Assembly (NCBI RefSeq): GCF_004010195.1
Contig: NC_057751.1
Coordinates: 15,915,969 to 15,979,968, forward strand
Direction of reading: 5' to 3'
DNA length: 64,000 nt
From: Chiloscyllium plagiosum
Lineage: Eukaryota
The first letter of the stretch is position 1, and each line of letters opens with the position of its first letter. The translations under genes and the position numbers were made by a program. The notes under the pieces are model-generated. The model was not told the DNA's origin and made no database searches. It worked only from the letters and a program-made list of their open reading frames with translations. This document shows, in pieces, positions 1-52,772 of this stretch.

Positions 1-51
1 CACTCAGGGCGCTCAGGCCCCGCCCGCCTTCGGAGGAGCGTCGCCTCATTG

Positions 52-347
52 GGGAAAAAAATACATTTTATTTTCTTGAAAAATCTTTGTAAAATTAGAA
101 ACCAAATGAACTCACCTCCCCTCACCCAACACTACTTTGAGGTGGGAGGGCCCAGTTTTTCCCCCCTCCTCCTCCTCACGGAATCGGGAGACGGCCTCTG
201 GGAAAAAAATACATTTTATTTTCTTGAAAAATCTTTGTAAAATTAGAAACCAAATGAACTCACCTCCCCTCACCCAACACTACTTTGAGGTGGGAGGGCC
301 CAGTTTTTCCCCCCTCCTCCTCCTCACGGAATCGGGAGACGGCCTCT
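52..347. repeat. Essentially exact tandem duplication, 148-bp period, 2 copies
   Basis: 52-199 repeated at 200-347. Confidence 0.95.
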
Positions 348-380
348 CCTCAGACGCGTCGCCATTTCTCTCCTTACAAA
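264..380 (-). other. Probable non-coding first exon of a gene running off the left edge
   Basis: Strong donor GAG|GTGAGT at 264/263 just downstream of the promoter motifs; the ATG at 365 closes after 13 codons. Confidence 0.5.
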
Positions 381-545
381 TAGCGCTCGGCGCTGCGCTG
401 TAACGCCGGCTCTGATTGGTCGTGTGTTGTGCGGTCACCGGTGATCGCGGGGCATGCCGGAAGTTATAGTTCTTCCATACCATCCTCCATTCAATTCTGC
501 GTCGGATAAGCGACATGGGACTACATTTCCCAGAATGCTGCATCC
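340..545 (-). promoter_or_regulatory. CpG-island housekeeping promoter of the next gene downstream of TIA1
   Basis: ZNF143/SBS motif GACTACATTTCCCAGAATGC at 519-538, ETS GCCGGAAGT at 456-464, CCAAT box (ctgattgg) at 412-419, YY1-like CGCCATTT at 360-367. Confidence 0.8.
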
Positions 546-2169
546 ACTCCTTCCCTCTTCCCCCACTCTGTCACCCTACCAAAGCCAATTGGCCTCCTTG
601 ATCTCATTGATTGAGTTAATGGCTCACCAGACAATGTCTAATATTTGTTCTTGGCACAGGATTGAAGTTCTCATAACTACTGTCAAAATTCTGCTGCTTT
701 TTCTGAAAAATTCGTATTTTTATTTATTCATAAATTCTCAAACAGCAAAACCTTATCTGCTCCAGCCAGAGCCTCTCTGCTTATATTAGGAAATAGTGAG
801 GCCGACAGCTGCTGGAGATCAGAGTTGGAGTTATCTCTCCCCCAGCAAGCTCAGGCCTGAAATGTTGATGTTCCTGCTCCTCAGATGCTGCCTGACGTGC
901 CACGCTTTGCCAGTAACACTCTCATATCACTGATTATGTTACCTACTATGGTGACAAAATGTCTGAAAACAAACCTTCCAGCTCAATGAGCAAACCTACA
1001 TCCAGAAAAACATTATATTTTTGTAACAGAATACAATTTAACACTAAAGTAAGGTTCTTGACAGATTTGTTTCTCCTTATGGGAGAGTCTAGTGGGAAAC
1101 CTTCACACAGTTTACGTCGTATTTGGATGAGTGTTTGGGATTGGGTAAGTTGGCTTTGTTTTTGACCACCACAAACTCGATGGGCAAAGGCCTCTATTGC
1201 TGTTTGACCAAAGGGCATAACTTCATAACAGCATTTTTCAAACCCACAACTCCTGCCACCTGAGAAGCCAAAACCAGCACAGAGAGAGGAACAGCACCAC
1301 GGCCAAAGCCCTCACCAATCTAATTTGGAAATATATCAGTTGTTCCTGGAATTCCCTCCCTAATGTTATTGTGGGTCAACCCACAGACAGTGGACTTCAG
1401 CACTTCAAGGCGGCAGCTTATCAGCACCTTTTGCTGGGCACCCTGGGACAGGTAATAAATGCTGGCCCAGCCACTGCCACACACAATGCATAAACACTGA
1501 AGTAATAAATTTCTTCTGTCAGCTGATCATGAATCAATATATTCTTTACTGCAGAAGTTTGGTTTTCAAGGTTTAGACTTGTAATCAGTTCAGATGCTGT
1601 TTGCATCCCCCTCTGTGTTGTTAGTTGATCAGACCCTTCTTTGCACCCCACCATCAATCCCCTGCTTCTACATGCGAGGGATCAACCTTGGCTTCAACAA
1701 TCTCTTTCCCTTCACATAGATATTTCGAGTTGCTGAAGCTCTGCTCCCCAGAAGCCAACTATCCTAATCCTAATTTCCCTTAATCAGTCCCAGTGTCCTC
1801 CTTAGCTGATTTCCAAACTGCTTTCATGACTTAGCCCTTTTTTTTAGTGGCCAATAGTGTCATAGAGCTGGAAATGTGTTGCTGGAAGCCCTTCTTCAGC
1901 CTTATGCCCGAAACGTCGATTCTCCTGTTCCCTGGATGCTGCCTGACCTGCTGCGCTCTTCCAGCAACACATTTCCAGCTCTGATCTCCAGCATCTGCAG
2001 ACCTCACTTTCTCCTCAATAGTGTCATAGAGATTAGATTACATTACAGTGTGGAAACAGGCCCTTTCGCCCAACAAGTCCACATCGACCTGCGGAAGCGC
2101 AACCCACCCATACCCCTACCCGTACGTTTTACATTTACCCCTTACCTAACTCTACAGGCAATTTAGTAT

Positions 2170-2875
2170 GTAGCAGATGGAAACAGAGCCTTCGGTCGCA
2201 CTAGTCCATGCCGACCAGCTATCCCAACCCAATCTAGTCGCACCTGCTAGCACCCAGCCCATCTCCCTCCAAACCCTTCCTATTCATATACCCATCCAAA
2301 TGTCTTTTAAATGTTAGAGTGTATGAGCCTCCACCACTTCCTCTGCCAGCTCATTCCATACATGTACCACGCTGTGTGTGAAAAAGTTGCCCCTCAGGTC
2401 TCTTTTACATCTTTCCCCTCTCACCCTCAACCTTTGCCCTCTTGTTCTGGACTCCCCAACCCCACGGCCAAGACCATTGCCCTCATGATTATAGAAAGCT
2501 CCGACGCTCCAGGGAAAACAGCCCCAAGTCTGTTCAGCCTCTCCATACAGCTCAAATCCTCCAACCGTGGCAATATCCTTGTAAATCTTTTCTGAACCCT
2601 TTCAAGTTTCACAATATCTTTCCGATAGGAAGGAGACCAGAATTGCACGCAATATTCCAACAGTGGCCTAACCAATGGCCTGTACAGCCGCGATATGACC
2701 TCCCAATTCCTGTACTCAATACTCTGACCAATAAAGGAAGGATACCAAATGCCTTCTTCACTATCCTCTCGACCTGCGATTCCACTTTCAAGGGGATATG
2801 AACTTGTACTCCAAGGTCTCTTTGTTCAGCAACACTCCCTAGGACCTTACCATTAAGTGTATAAGTCTTGCTACT
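2170..2875 (-). mobile_element. CR1/HER1 LINE 3' fragment
   Basis: ORF 2427..2675 VRPLLEYCVQFWSPSYRKDIVKLERVQKRFTR is the typical CR1 ORF2 C-terminus. Confidence 0.9.
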
Positions 2876-5284
2876 ATTTGCTACTATTAAACTTCGTCTA
2901 CGACTTCTTTAAATCTAAGACCAATTATAACTTCCATTATAAACCATTAGCCGGCCACCTTTCCTGTTTGTGCCAGTCCTTCTCTTTCAATGTCGGCTGA
3001 AGCTTTTCCAGCAACACCCCCCCCCCCACTCTACCAGAGCTGACTACTATTACCATCATAATTTCCTCTGTTAGGGGATTCAGGACCTTAGTCTCAATCA
3101 ACTACAGCTTGATGAAGTTAATCATCATATGGTTGATCATCCATAAGGAGCAACGGACAACTAGATTGCCAATTATTCCTTTCTAATTATACAATATCCA
3201 GTCTTGGATGGCCTGTCCTCTATGGATTGGTCCAGAAAACCATCCTATCAGCCCTTCAGGAATTCTTCCTCTACAGTATTGTTACTAACATGCCTAATGT
3301 GTACGGAGACTTCCGTCACCCATAACCACATTACTCTCATTTCCTGCTTAATGCTATTCTCAACATCACTCCTCCAGTTTGGGGGTTCTATATACAACCC
3401 CCACTCTTTTTTTTTTGCCTCTTGCTGTTTCAATTCTGTGATCCATTAAACCAAGGTGACACCACAGTAACATCAGCTTATCTCAGCGCACTGATCCTTT
3501 TTCTGTACGGTATTCAAACACTCAATACAAAATTGGACACTGAGAGCGCCATCAGCTTTCGAAATGAGGATCTCACTTCGTGTCATTCCCTTGCATTGTG
3601 ATTGTAACCCTACACATTCCTCCTTCTGAACACTCCAGCATTGCATTCCAAACCTAAACCACTTTTTTTTCCCCTCACATTGATGAATGATGCAGAGACA
3701 ATTCCTTTACATCTGTATCTTGTTCTTGAATCTTTCGTGCCTGAAGGTAACGAGAACAATTCTCTGTCTGCGTGGTTGCATCTGCTTGGAACAAACTGAA
3801 GAACCATTGACTTGATTAGTTTTCAATGTTAGTGATAAGAGCGTGAACAATTCTAACTACTGTCATATTCTTAATGTACGCAGGACTGGTCTTTGCTTCA
3901 TTACATATTCCCACCCACAGATCAGAAATGTTAGGATCTGTTGGGTGCAAATACTTTTTCCTCAAGTTCAACCAAACTTCAAAGGCACTTTAAAAAAGAA
4001 ATCTGAGATTTCCCTTTCCTCAGACTCATGCTCAGGTCATGCTTCCAATGATAGCCGTAGCTTATATTTACCTTCACTGACAATCCCCATGTTCAACAGG
4101 GACTACTACTTCAGCTCAGCAGGAACATGACAAATTAATCTTGTGCTGTCTTAACAAAACAATGGCTGGTTTGAAGAAAGTTGGAAGCTGAAATTTTCCC
4201 TCAAATAGTAATGAACAGTGCGCGTGAGGATGCGAAGGGAAATAAAAATGGAAGAGACAGAAGTCAGCATTTTCTAGTAACGTACAAATAAAAATGCAAG
4301 ATTCTATCTTACAACGGCTGGCCTCAGTGGAAAGGAGATATCACGTCAGTTTAAAATCAAAAAGGGAGAGAATACAAAAGATTTTAATTGACAGCAGGAA
4401 CAAAATGCAGGATGATACAGAGTGATTACACTGGATTGGAAATAGCAACCCCAGGGATTGATAACTCAAGACGAAAAAAAAGTCAATTGTTTGCAATTTG
4501 AAGCTCATCTTTGAGTGGGAAAATGGAGCCAACATGACGTAAAGGGAGAGATGCGAACTGCTGGATTTTTCTTTTTAGGAAGTGATGCAATGAAAACCCC
4601 CTTTACTATTTACATCTAAACTCTCAGGAACTCAATAACAACTTGCACTTACATAACCCAAAACGTGAAAGAACTTTTCACAAAAGTGTTATGAGACCAA
4701 AAACTGACACAGCCTTGTAAAAATTCAGGTATTCAAAACTTTGACCAAGCAGATATGTTTTGGGGAATGTCTCAAAAGAGATAGAAACGTAGAGAGGAGA
4801 GAAATCTCGGCAAGAAATTAGAGATCAGGGCCTTGGCAACTCCATGTATGTCAGCAGAATGGAAGAAACTTGAAATCTTTAAAACAAACTTATCACTTGG
4901 AAAGTTGATTTTTCGAAAAAAAATCCTATCAGTAGAAACTTGAATGAACAGGTGGACAAAATTGTGCAGGGGAAGGTTCTGAAATCACTCCTAAGGCAGT
5001 ACGATAATGCAGCGTTGTGATTTTTTAATCTTTCCAACACCAGGTTGGGCACTGCACAGCAATCAACAGACAGGAGGGTTCCCTCCCAGTTGGGGAACAC
5101 TTCAGTGGTCCAGGACATTCAGCGTCGGACCTTCGGGTGACCATCCTCCAAGGTGGACTTTGGGACAGGCAGCAGAGAAAAGTGGCCAAGCAGAGGCTGA
5201 TAGCTAAGTTCAGTACCCATAGGCAGGGCCTCAACCCGGACCTTGGGTTCATGTCATATTACAGGTGATCACCATTGCACTACA

Positions 5285-5535
5285 CAGACACACAGATATT
5301 CCTACACACACACTCTCATATACACACGGACACAGGTACAGACGCGCACACAGACACCCACACACACCCTTATAGATAGACACACACTCCCACACTCATA
5401 CATGCACCCCCTCACAGACTTAAGACACACTGCACTCACTACACACACACACACTTTCTCACACTCACAACCCCCACCTCAGACAGACAGGCAGACACAC
5501 ACACACACACACAGACAAAGACCCACATGCACACA
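5285..5535. repeat. Degenerate (CA)n low-complexity tract, probably part of a repeat element extending to about 5850
   Basis: Interrupted CA/CACT/CAGA runs. Confidence 0.8.
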
Positions 5536-6959
5536 TTTTGTGGAGTGAAGTTGTACTTGCAGAGTTACATTGCACTTTGCTCAAAAACTGCATGCATTCA
5601 TGTAGAACTCTGAGCTCAAAAACTGCATGAGTTTATGTAAAACTCTGTTATCTCACTTTTTAGATTAGAATCAATCTAAACATCATGGCATAGGCAGAGA
5701 ACAAAGGGGGCCAACACCTTCAACATATTGTCTAGCTATCCCCATTGTTAACAGCTAACCTAAGAATGCAACTTTAAAATAAAGGTTTTGTGATTTACAC
5801 ATCAAAGAAGTGAAACTATCACTGTATTCTAACAGATGAAATGCTTAACAGAAAACCAACTAACAGGCTATAGGTGAAAGTTTGCATCAAAAACATAATG
5901 GTATTGAGACTGAGTTCAAGTTTACCTTGTAAAATTTAAAACCCATGTATCTGCATTGGGTTCCTTGCTCCCAGTCGCCCAATGTAGACTGCAACTTTGG
6001 TCATTTTCCCAAGCCTAGTTCATAATGTCAGCCCACAATATTTCACCTTCACTGCAGGCACAGCCACAGCTTCAGAGCTTTGCATTTCAGCAAGCATTCA
6101 CCTTCACCCCACAGAAAATGTTTTATAAAAACCGTCCGAAAATGGCAAGATCTTGAGATTCAGGCTTCCCAATAGTCAGTGCAAGACAGGTAGAATTAAA
6201 AGTTAACTCTCGGACTAATTACTGATACTTTGGTGAAACATTGCTAGATTATCTTGATGTATGTATTGTAATTTTAAAAAGTTTGGGTTTAACCTGGGAG
6301 TGTTCTGTGCAGCTCCTTAAAGGTGAAAATTGCTTCACATCAGCAGATGCACGAAGGCCCACACAGCATGCAACCATTAATTGAGGAAATATATCACTGT
6401 GACAGAACATTTCAATGCAGACCATTTTTTATGATGCTGCTTCTATCACTCATTGCTCCTGATTTTATGAATGTACAAATTAGAAGCAGGAGTCCACTCA
6501 TGAGTCTGCCCTGTCATTCATTCATATTATTGTCAACCTTCCTTGTTAACCCACAATACCCTTTCCACTACCCTTTGTTGGTGTAACAGTGGGATGTGTA
6601 GCAACACTGAACTACTTGGATAGGATTTTCTCAGTTCAAGGCAGCATATGAATGCAAACTGACATTAATATCATCAGGGGGTGCACCAACAAAAGATGCT
6701 GCTAGCCAAGAATCCGAAGCCAAGTGGCATAACATCATCAATGACAGAATTGTCCACTGATTGTATCTGACAAATGTCTCCCACTTCTTAACAAGTGCAA
6801 ATTGGCACCAATGTCCAGACAGGCATCCATACCAATCTCATTATCAAAACAAGCAATCAATTTTGGTACAATCCTGAAGTACATTTCATCAGTTGTAAGA
6901 CAAAACTAAGCAGCAAAAGATAATTTTTAAAAAGCTGTGATTAAACAGAGTGGAGGAGT

Positions 6960-9900
6960 TCAGTATGATGGCCCAATGACCGTTTTATTTATTGACTGTT
7001 AATAACTGCTACAGTTATAATACCAACAAGGCCGTGCAGTTAACAAACCCGAATGCAAGTCAATTGGTCCTTCACAAACCTAGTTCATGTGATTTTTGCC
7101 TGGAATAGAATTCCCCTGAGGTGAATTGTTTTCTTTAAAATGCTGACGCAGTTTAAACAGAAAATCGAGACTTTATCCCTTTTCTTTGTGGCCTGCTCAG
7201 GCTGCGTTCATTTTCCCCAGCTCATCCGTGTGAAAACCCACTCCCACCTGACCTGGAAGCCTGTAACCACAGGTTCCCTCTGACAACTTCGGGGAGACTA
7301 AGTGGGTAGGAGCACTCTGTCTCAATCCCCTGGGCTACAGCACAAAATATGAAGGATGTTGCACATGAGCAGTGCTGCTCTGAAAGTTTGCTGTTTCTTT
7401 TACTCACTTAACTGATGGAGCATGTGCACAAGCACAAGATTTGGTTTCGATGGGAGGGGTGGGACAGAATCGGGAGCAAAAACATGGACACCATCTTTGG
7501 CATTACTTCTATTCCATGTGATTATTTGCCACAACATCCAATGAATCACTTGGAGAGAAACGTAACATTCCCACATGAACCGGTTAATCATGATAACTGG
7601 AAGCAATAACAGTCACTTCCAAGTGCCAGCCCTTATAGACTAACAAAAGGGATATAGTCTGCAGCATTTTCTAGCTCAGAATTTCTTAAAAACAAAATGA
7701 TCCATATGTTCTGAAAGATTAATCTGCAGTGCATCAATCCACTCCAAAAAGACAATTTATTTAAAACTCCTGGGGCCGGGCCAACCAGTTACACATTTTG
7801 GTAACTAAATGTAGCATCTATTATGAAAAAACCTTGCCGAACAATCCAATAAAAAATACATTAACCCATTTTAAAATTGGTTAAATGTGCATATAGTGTA
7901 TCTGGCAAGCACCTGCGCACATAGTCACCTTAGGGCAAGTCACAGATGGCCCAGATAGCTTTTGCGGCCAGTGCACAGGCACGTTTGTCAAGCTAACAGA
8001 CTTGGAAGAAAGAAAATGAAACATTTTCACGTGACTCACTGTTGCAACGACACGTATTCTACAGAAGAGGACTCGAATGGCCGGATCCTTGTATGCAGTA
8101 CACATCTGTGTGTGGACCAAATGAACTTAACGGCAAGTCAGCTGTCTCACCTTTTGTCCATTAATACGTTGTAAATGACTTGAATTGGCACAGAGCCCCA
8201 TTTGACCCTTTTGATCAGAAGCCCAGGCAAACATGGACAATCACATTAAGACGATACTGAAGAAATCTCGGTGAGGTTAGCTGTCTTCCCAATTTCCTGA
8301 CTACGGAAGAGAATCTCGGCTGGAAGGACTTCCGAGACAATCATCACGTTGCTGAGGAGACAACCGGCAGGGAAAATAAAAAAGCCAACTTCCCCCAATA
8401 ATCCTGGGACGGAACATTTTAAAACCAACACACAACTGATATGCAGTAAAATACAATTACAGTACCTCCTGATGCATATGCAGCCAATATCGTGAGCATA
8501 GCTGATCATTTACACTAGAGAACATCACTCAGAACACCCTCTGAAGAGACACGTCAAGAGATTTTCTTTTCAAATTCTTTTCTTCCCCCAGACCCCAGGT
8601 GCTCCAAATAGCGACTCAGCCAAGAACAGACAAAACATATCAACTGTGGCAGATGGACTGGCTGCAATGGTTTGGACACACAGTCCCAACCCCTGCCCAT
8701 GGAGCAGAACCCACAACCATCTGTGTAAGCAGCCAAAGCCACCACTGCCATGCTGGCATATCACTGACAGTAATAAGATTTTGCGCAATTTCCCTACCCC
8801 CCCACCCCCACCACCACCCTCTCCCTCCCTCCCCCCCCCACCCTCCCCATTCACGTTTCATGTACGCAGGCTGATATCTTGGTTTGAGATGCACTATGAT
8901 CCCAAACAAACTGCAGCCTTTAAGACACTGCTGCTGCTAACTTCCTGAAAGTGTTGATGAGCCGACACTCAAGTCAGTAGTCAACTACGACAGTGAACTT
9001 GATTCCTACCATCAGTCTCTTGAAATCAGAAAAAAAAAACAAGGAAAACAAAAAGCCAGAAGTAGGCACCAAAAGAAACAAAACGGGTTGCCCTGTGGAA
9101 ACAGTGGAGGTTGTGTATCTTGTAGTTATCTTTTCATGCAGATTCCGGCAAAACAAAGCATGTTCCCTTCAGTCCGAGTCCTTCAGGATCTTCCCTGCCC
9201 ACCCTCTCCTCTATTGCCAGTTTTATTTTAACAGTAGCCACACTGACACCTGACATTATTAAATAATGATCGTGTGCATTCATTTTAAAACGGAAACCCA
9301 AATTCAGATTGTGGGAGCAAGCAAGCAGCCTAAACTCGTTAGGAATGCTTCACCTACAGATCTGGAAATGTCAATTTTAGCCAATTCCTGAGAATGCTCC
9401 AGCGCTCTGCATTGTCAAGGAGAACTCCACTTGAATCTGCACTGCTCAGACCAGGGAACCTTCAGAGAAACACTGGGAGAGCAGCCAGAATCCAAGTCAA
9501 CACTCGGAAGTGCTTTCTCTACAACTTCACTAAGTTTTTATACCTGTTTCCTTGAATGAAGTGATTAAAATACCATTTCAAAATAACAAAATAAAACACA
9601 GAAATAAACATTTTACGATAGTATTTCATTGCCTTAAACTATGCTGTGTACATGCTGAGAAGCTCCAGGGACTCCACGTTTGTTTTTCCATGTTCCAAAG
9701 AGTTTTTCGTTTTGAACAACCTCCTACATTTACGAAGTATGGCCTTGTACAATAAAAATGTGGAAAACATAGGATTATTAAATTTTACATTTCAAAATCA
9801 AATATGTGGAATGCAAAACTGAACTGCCCAGCATCTGCAATAGAAACACGGCATCTAATATTGTGCAATTTGCCCGCCTCTTTTTATAACAGTGGCAGCA

Positions 9901-10215
9901 TTACTGAGAAATCCCTGCTTTTGTTTATTTTCTCCAAGGGACACAGGAAACAGATTTGAATTTTTTTTTTGTTTTGAAGAAAACTGGACACCAAAATTGG
10001 CAGACATCCAGCATCTTTAGACAGAAGCTTGGATGAGACAAATTTCCATGATTTCTAAAATGAATTGTTTTCCTTTTAAAATAAATACAACGCAGTTGAC
10101 ATGTTTCATTGATCTAGCTTTTGAAAAAAAAAATCTTTTAAGTAAACAAAGGCTTGACGTGTCCGCTGCGGCAGGAAACCACTGGCTATAGGTAGGAAGA
10201 GAGAGTCCTTTCTGC
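6960..10215 (-). other. Probable long TIA1 3' UTR with several poly(A) signals
   Basis: No recognisable TE fragments over >3 kb, U-rich on the minus strand; AATAAA at 9924-9929 and 9222-9227, overlapping AATAAATAAA at 6984-6993. The true end is not determinable. Confidence 0.55.
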
Positions 10216-48879
<38,664 letters not shown>

Positions 48880-51739
48880 GGCGGGAGCGTCACTCAGGCT
48901 CGGCTCTTTATTTTTCCGTTTGGTTTTATTTCGAGAACTGCGACGGAGCGAAGCCAAACAAGCAAAGGTGGGAGGGAGGATTTCGCCTGCTCCGAACCGG
49001 GCTTCGAGGGGGGAGGGGGGGGGGGGAAGGGACTAGGGGGTAAAAAGGGGGTAAATAACTCCACGGACAACCCGAGAGTGAGAGAAAATGGCCGCCCGCC
49101 GCACTACGCCTGCGCCTCCCTCTCCCTCGGTGCGCAGGCGCAACACCGGCACCGGCTGCAACAACACCCCCTCGGTGCGCAGGCGCGTCACCGGCTGCAA
49201 CAACACACACACACACACCCCTCGGTGCGCAGGCGCAAGGCCGGGCACGGCTCAGACAACCCCAACCTGCGTGGGAGCGTTCTCCGTCGCCAGCTCACCC
49301 CTCCATCACGCACGCGTGAAATCGCGCCTGGCAACACCCCCTCGACGCGCACGCGCAAGGCCGGGCCCCGGCCAGATTACCGCCTCACTGCGCAAATGCG
49401 GGATTGGGACCATTTCATTCCCCTCCCCCCACCAAACCAAGTCTCAAGTTCACACACAAACTTTTCTCCAAATTTCCGACTCTCTGATTCAAATTGTCTC
49501 CTTTTTTAATTTCCACTTCCACTTATATACTGATAGCAGAGCAACTTGGATTTCTTTATATTTCCAATCAAATATTACTTGTGTCAATGTCAACAAATGC
49601 CTTTCATTAGAAATAAATTTTACTTTGTGCCCATAAGACTTTCCTTTTTTTTTACAATGTTGAACAGGGTTTGTTTCAAATATATACAGTCTATTTATAT
49701 GTTTGTCATTAAACATAAGTATAAATTAATTTAGCAGGGAACTCAAGAAGCTACACAGCCGAAAGGCTTATACCCGAAACATCAATTCTCCTGCTCCTCG
49801 GATGCTACCTGACCTGCTGTGCTTTTCCAGCACTACACTCGACTCTCATCTCCAGCACCTGCAGTCCTCACTTTCTCCGAGCCCACTTGATTGGCACCCA
49901 TCCATAAACTAGGAGAAAGTGAGGACTGCAGATGCTGGAGATCAGAGCTGAAAAATGTGTTGCTGGAAAAGCGCAGCAGGTCAGGCGGCATCCAAGGAGC
50001 AGGCGAATCAACGTTTCAGGCCTTCTTCAGGGCATAGTAGGAGGGCTTATGCCCTAAACGTCGATTCTCCTGCTCCTTGGATGCTGCCTGACCTGCTGCG
50101 CTTTTCCAGCAACACATTTTTCAGCTCAGACCACATCCATAAACATCCAGCACCGATGCTCAGTAGCAGCAGCGAGTATCATCTACAAGATGCATTGCAG
50201 CAACTCACCAAGGCTTCTTCGCACCTTCCAAACCCATGACCACTGCCATTTAGAAGGATGAGGGTCGACAAGCAGGAGGCTGAGAGAACACAGCAAACCA
50301 GGCAGCATCAGGAGGAGAAGTCACTGTTTTAGGTGTAACCCTTTTTCAGGACTGGGGGTGGGTGTAAGGCTTCCCTTACCCCCACCTGAATCCTGAAGAA
50401 GATCTACACACGAATCGTGGACTTCTTCACGTCCTGATGCTGCCTGGTTTGCTGTGTTCTGCCAGCCTCCTGCTTGTCTACCTTGAATTGCAGCATCTGC
50501 AGTTTTTTGTCTCTAATTTATAGAAGGATCAGGGCAGCAAATGCATGCAAGTTCCTCTCCAAGTCACTCACCACCATGACTTGGAAATATATCACTGTTC
50601 CTTCAGTGTCTCTGAGTCAAAATACTGAAACTCCTTGTCAGTGGGCCTATCAACAGCACACAGACTGCAGAGTTTCAAGAAAGCAGTTCACAACTCAGGG
50701 TAGGCAATAAATGCTGGCTCAGCCAGAGATGGGAGGAGAAAGTGAGGACTGCAGATGCTGGAGATCAGAGCTGAAAATGTATTGCTGGAAAAGCGCAGCA
50801 GGTCAGGCAGCATCCAAGGAACAGGAGAATCGACGTTTCGGGCATGTGCCTGAACTGCTGCGCTTTTCAAGCAACACATTTTCAGCCCAGTCAGAGATGG
50901 CCATATTCCCATGAATGAATAAAAAAGGCTTTTGTTCTTTCATGGGATATGCATTAATATACATGTGTGTGCAAATATATATATATATGAAGAAATGCGT
51001 TTAATTAAAAACTAATTTCATTCAAACATATCAAAAGATTTTTAAAAATCTTGCACAGATTGTGTTTCACGTACAAATGTACATACAATATTTCTACATT
51101 AATTTTGATCATATCGAGATAGTTCTGTGAATTATTATCACCTCTTTCACTGGCCAGGCCAGCATGTATTTCCAGTCCTTAATTTGGTCTTGAGAAAGTG
51201 GTGATGAGCTATACATCTGGGACTGCTGCAATCCAGCTGGTGTCGGTAGACTTGCAATGTCGTTCGGGAGAGAGTTCCAGTATTTTGACTAATTAACAGT
51301 GAAGTGATGCTGACATAGTTCCAAGTCAGAATGATGCATTGCTCTAAGGGAACTTGTAGGAGAAGTTGCTCACATGGTTCTTTTGCCCTTGTCCTTCTAC
51401 ACAGAAATGGTCATAGGTTTTCTACAGAGCTGTCTCAGGAGCTTTGGTGAATTTCTGCAGTGCTTCTTGCATACAGTACACACTGCTATAACTGAGCATC
51501 GGTGGTGATGGAAGTGAATGTTTAAGAATGTATACACATATATACGTACACACAATGCTTACAAATACATACACAAAAGTATAAATATATTTATAAAAAG
51601 AAGTTTCTGTGCAGAACAAACTATACATGCAGAAAGATACATTTTAATTTAAATATGTATGGATAAATTTTATTTTAAATGTGTAGTTTACATTTGGAAA
51701 TATATATATTTCATATGAATAGAAGATAACAGTTAAAAA

Positions 51740-52772
51740 ATGTTAAGGGAGGTACAGGTTCAAATTCATGGGACATTAGCACGAGGACTGGGGAAGGAGG
51801 GAGCTGTTGCGATGGGATGGGCTCCATCTGAATCGTGCTGGGACCCAAGTGCTGATTAAACACACAACTAGGGCTTTAAACTTGAGGAGAGAGGTGGGTT
51901 CAGTTGCATGGAAAATTATGAAAATAAAAAGTTAAAGGGTGCGGCAGAGGTTATCAAAGTTTCCAGAACAAGTTGGAGGACAAGGATTTTGCAAAGGGTC
52001 AGGAATCTGACTTCAAGCACAGCATTTGAGAGGATGACTGTGAGAATGGGGGCTGTCAACACAGGACTGAGGGTATTGTACTTATAAATACACATAGTAC
52101 ACGAAACAAGATGGATGAGCTTGTAGCACAGATCGAAATTGACAGGTACAATGTTGAAGGTACCACAAAGACGTGGCTGCAAGGGGATCAGGGCTGGGAA
52201 CTAAATATCCAAGGATACATGTTCTATCAAAAATATTGTGAGTAGTTTGAGCCCTGTATCTCAGAAAGGATGTGCTGGCATTGAAGGGGGGGTCAAGAGG
52301 AAGTTTACAACAATGATCACAGGGATGAAGCACTTTTCATGAGGAGCGGTTGAGGACTCTGGGTCTGCACTCAATGGAATTTCGAAGGATGCGGGCAGAT
52401 CTGATTGAAACTTACAGAACACTGAGAGGCCTAGTTAGGACAGACGTGGAGAAGATGTTTTGACCAGTAGGAGAGAGGAGGGCCCAAGGACAGAGCCTCA
52501 GAGTGAAAGCACGACCCCGAAAGAACTGAGTTGAGGAGGAATTTCTTCAGCCGATGGATGATGAAGATATGGAACTCATTGCCTCAGAGGACTGTGGAGG
52601 CCAAGTCAAAGAGTGTCTTTAAGACAAAGATAGATAGGCTCACGATGAGTAAGGGGATCAAGGGGTTTGGGGAGAAAGCAGGAGGTTGGGGTTGAGAAAC
52701 ATATCAGCCATGATGGAATGGCAGAGCAGAATCGATGGGCCAAATGGCCTAATTCTGCTCGTATGTCTTATG
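51740..52772 (+). mobile_element. CR1 LINE fragments (endonuclease start fused to 3' end)
   Basis: Endonuclease-start-like remnant near 52070-52230, then the same 3' tail family as 24500-25088. Confidence 0.75.

Noticed and set aside
5926..6051. Possible extra minus-strand exon (AG...AAG|gtaaac)
   Set aside because: Weak pyrimidine tract, no recognisable coding similarity, no link to a transcript.
49119..49245. CRISPR-like repeat-spacer appearance
   Set aside because: Vertebrate DNA, spacers are related to each other and there are no cas genes; it is a minisatellite.
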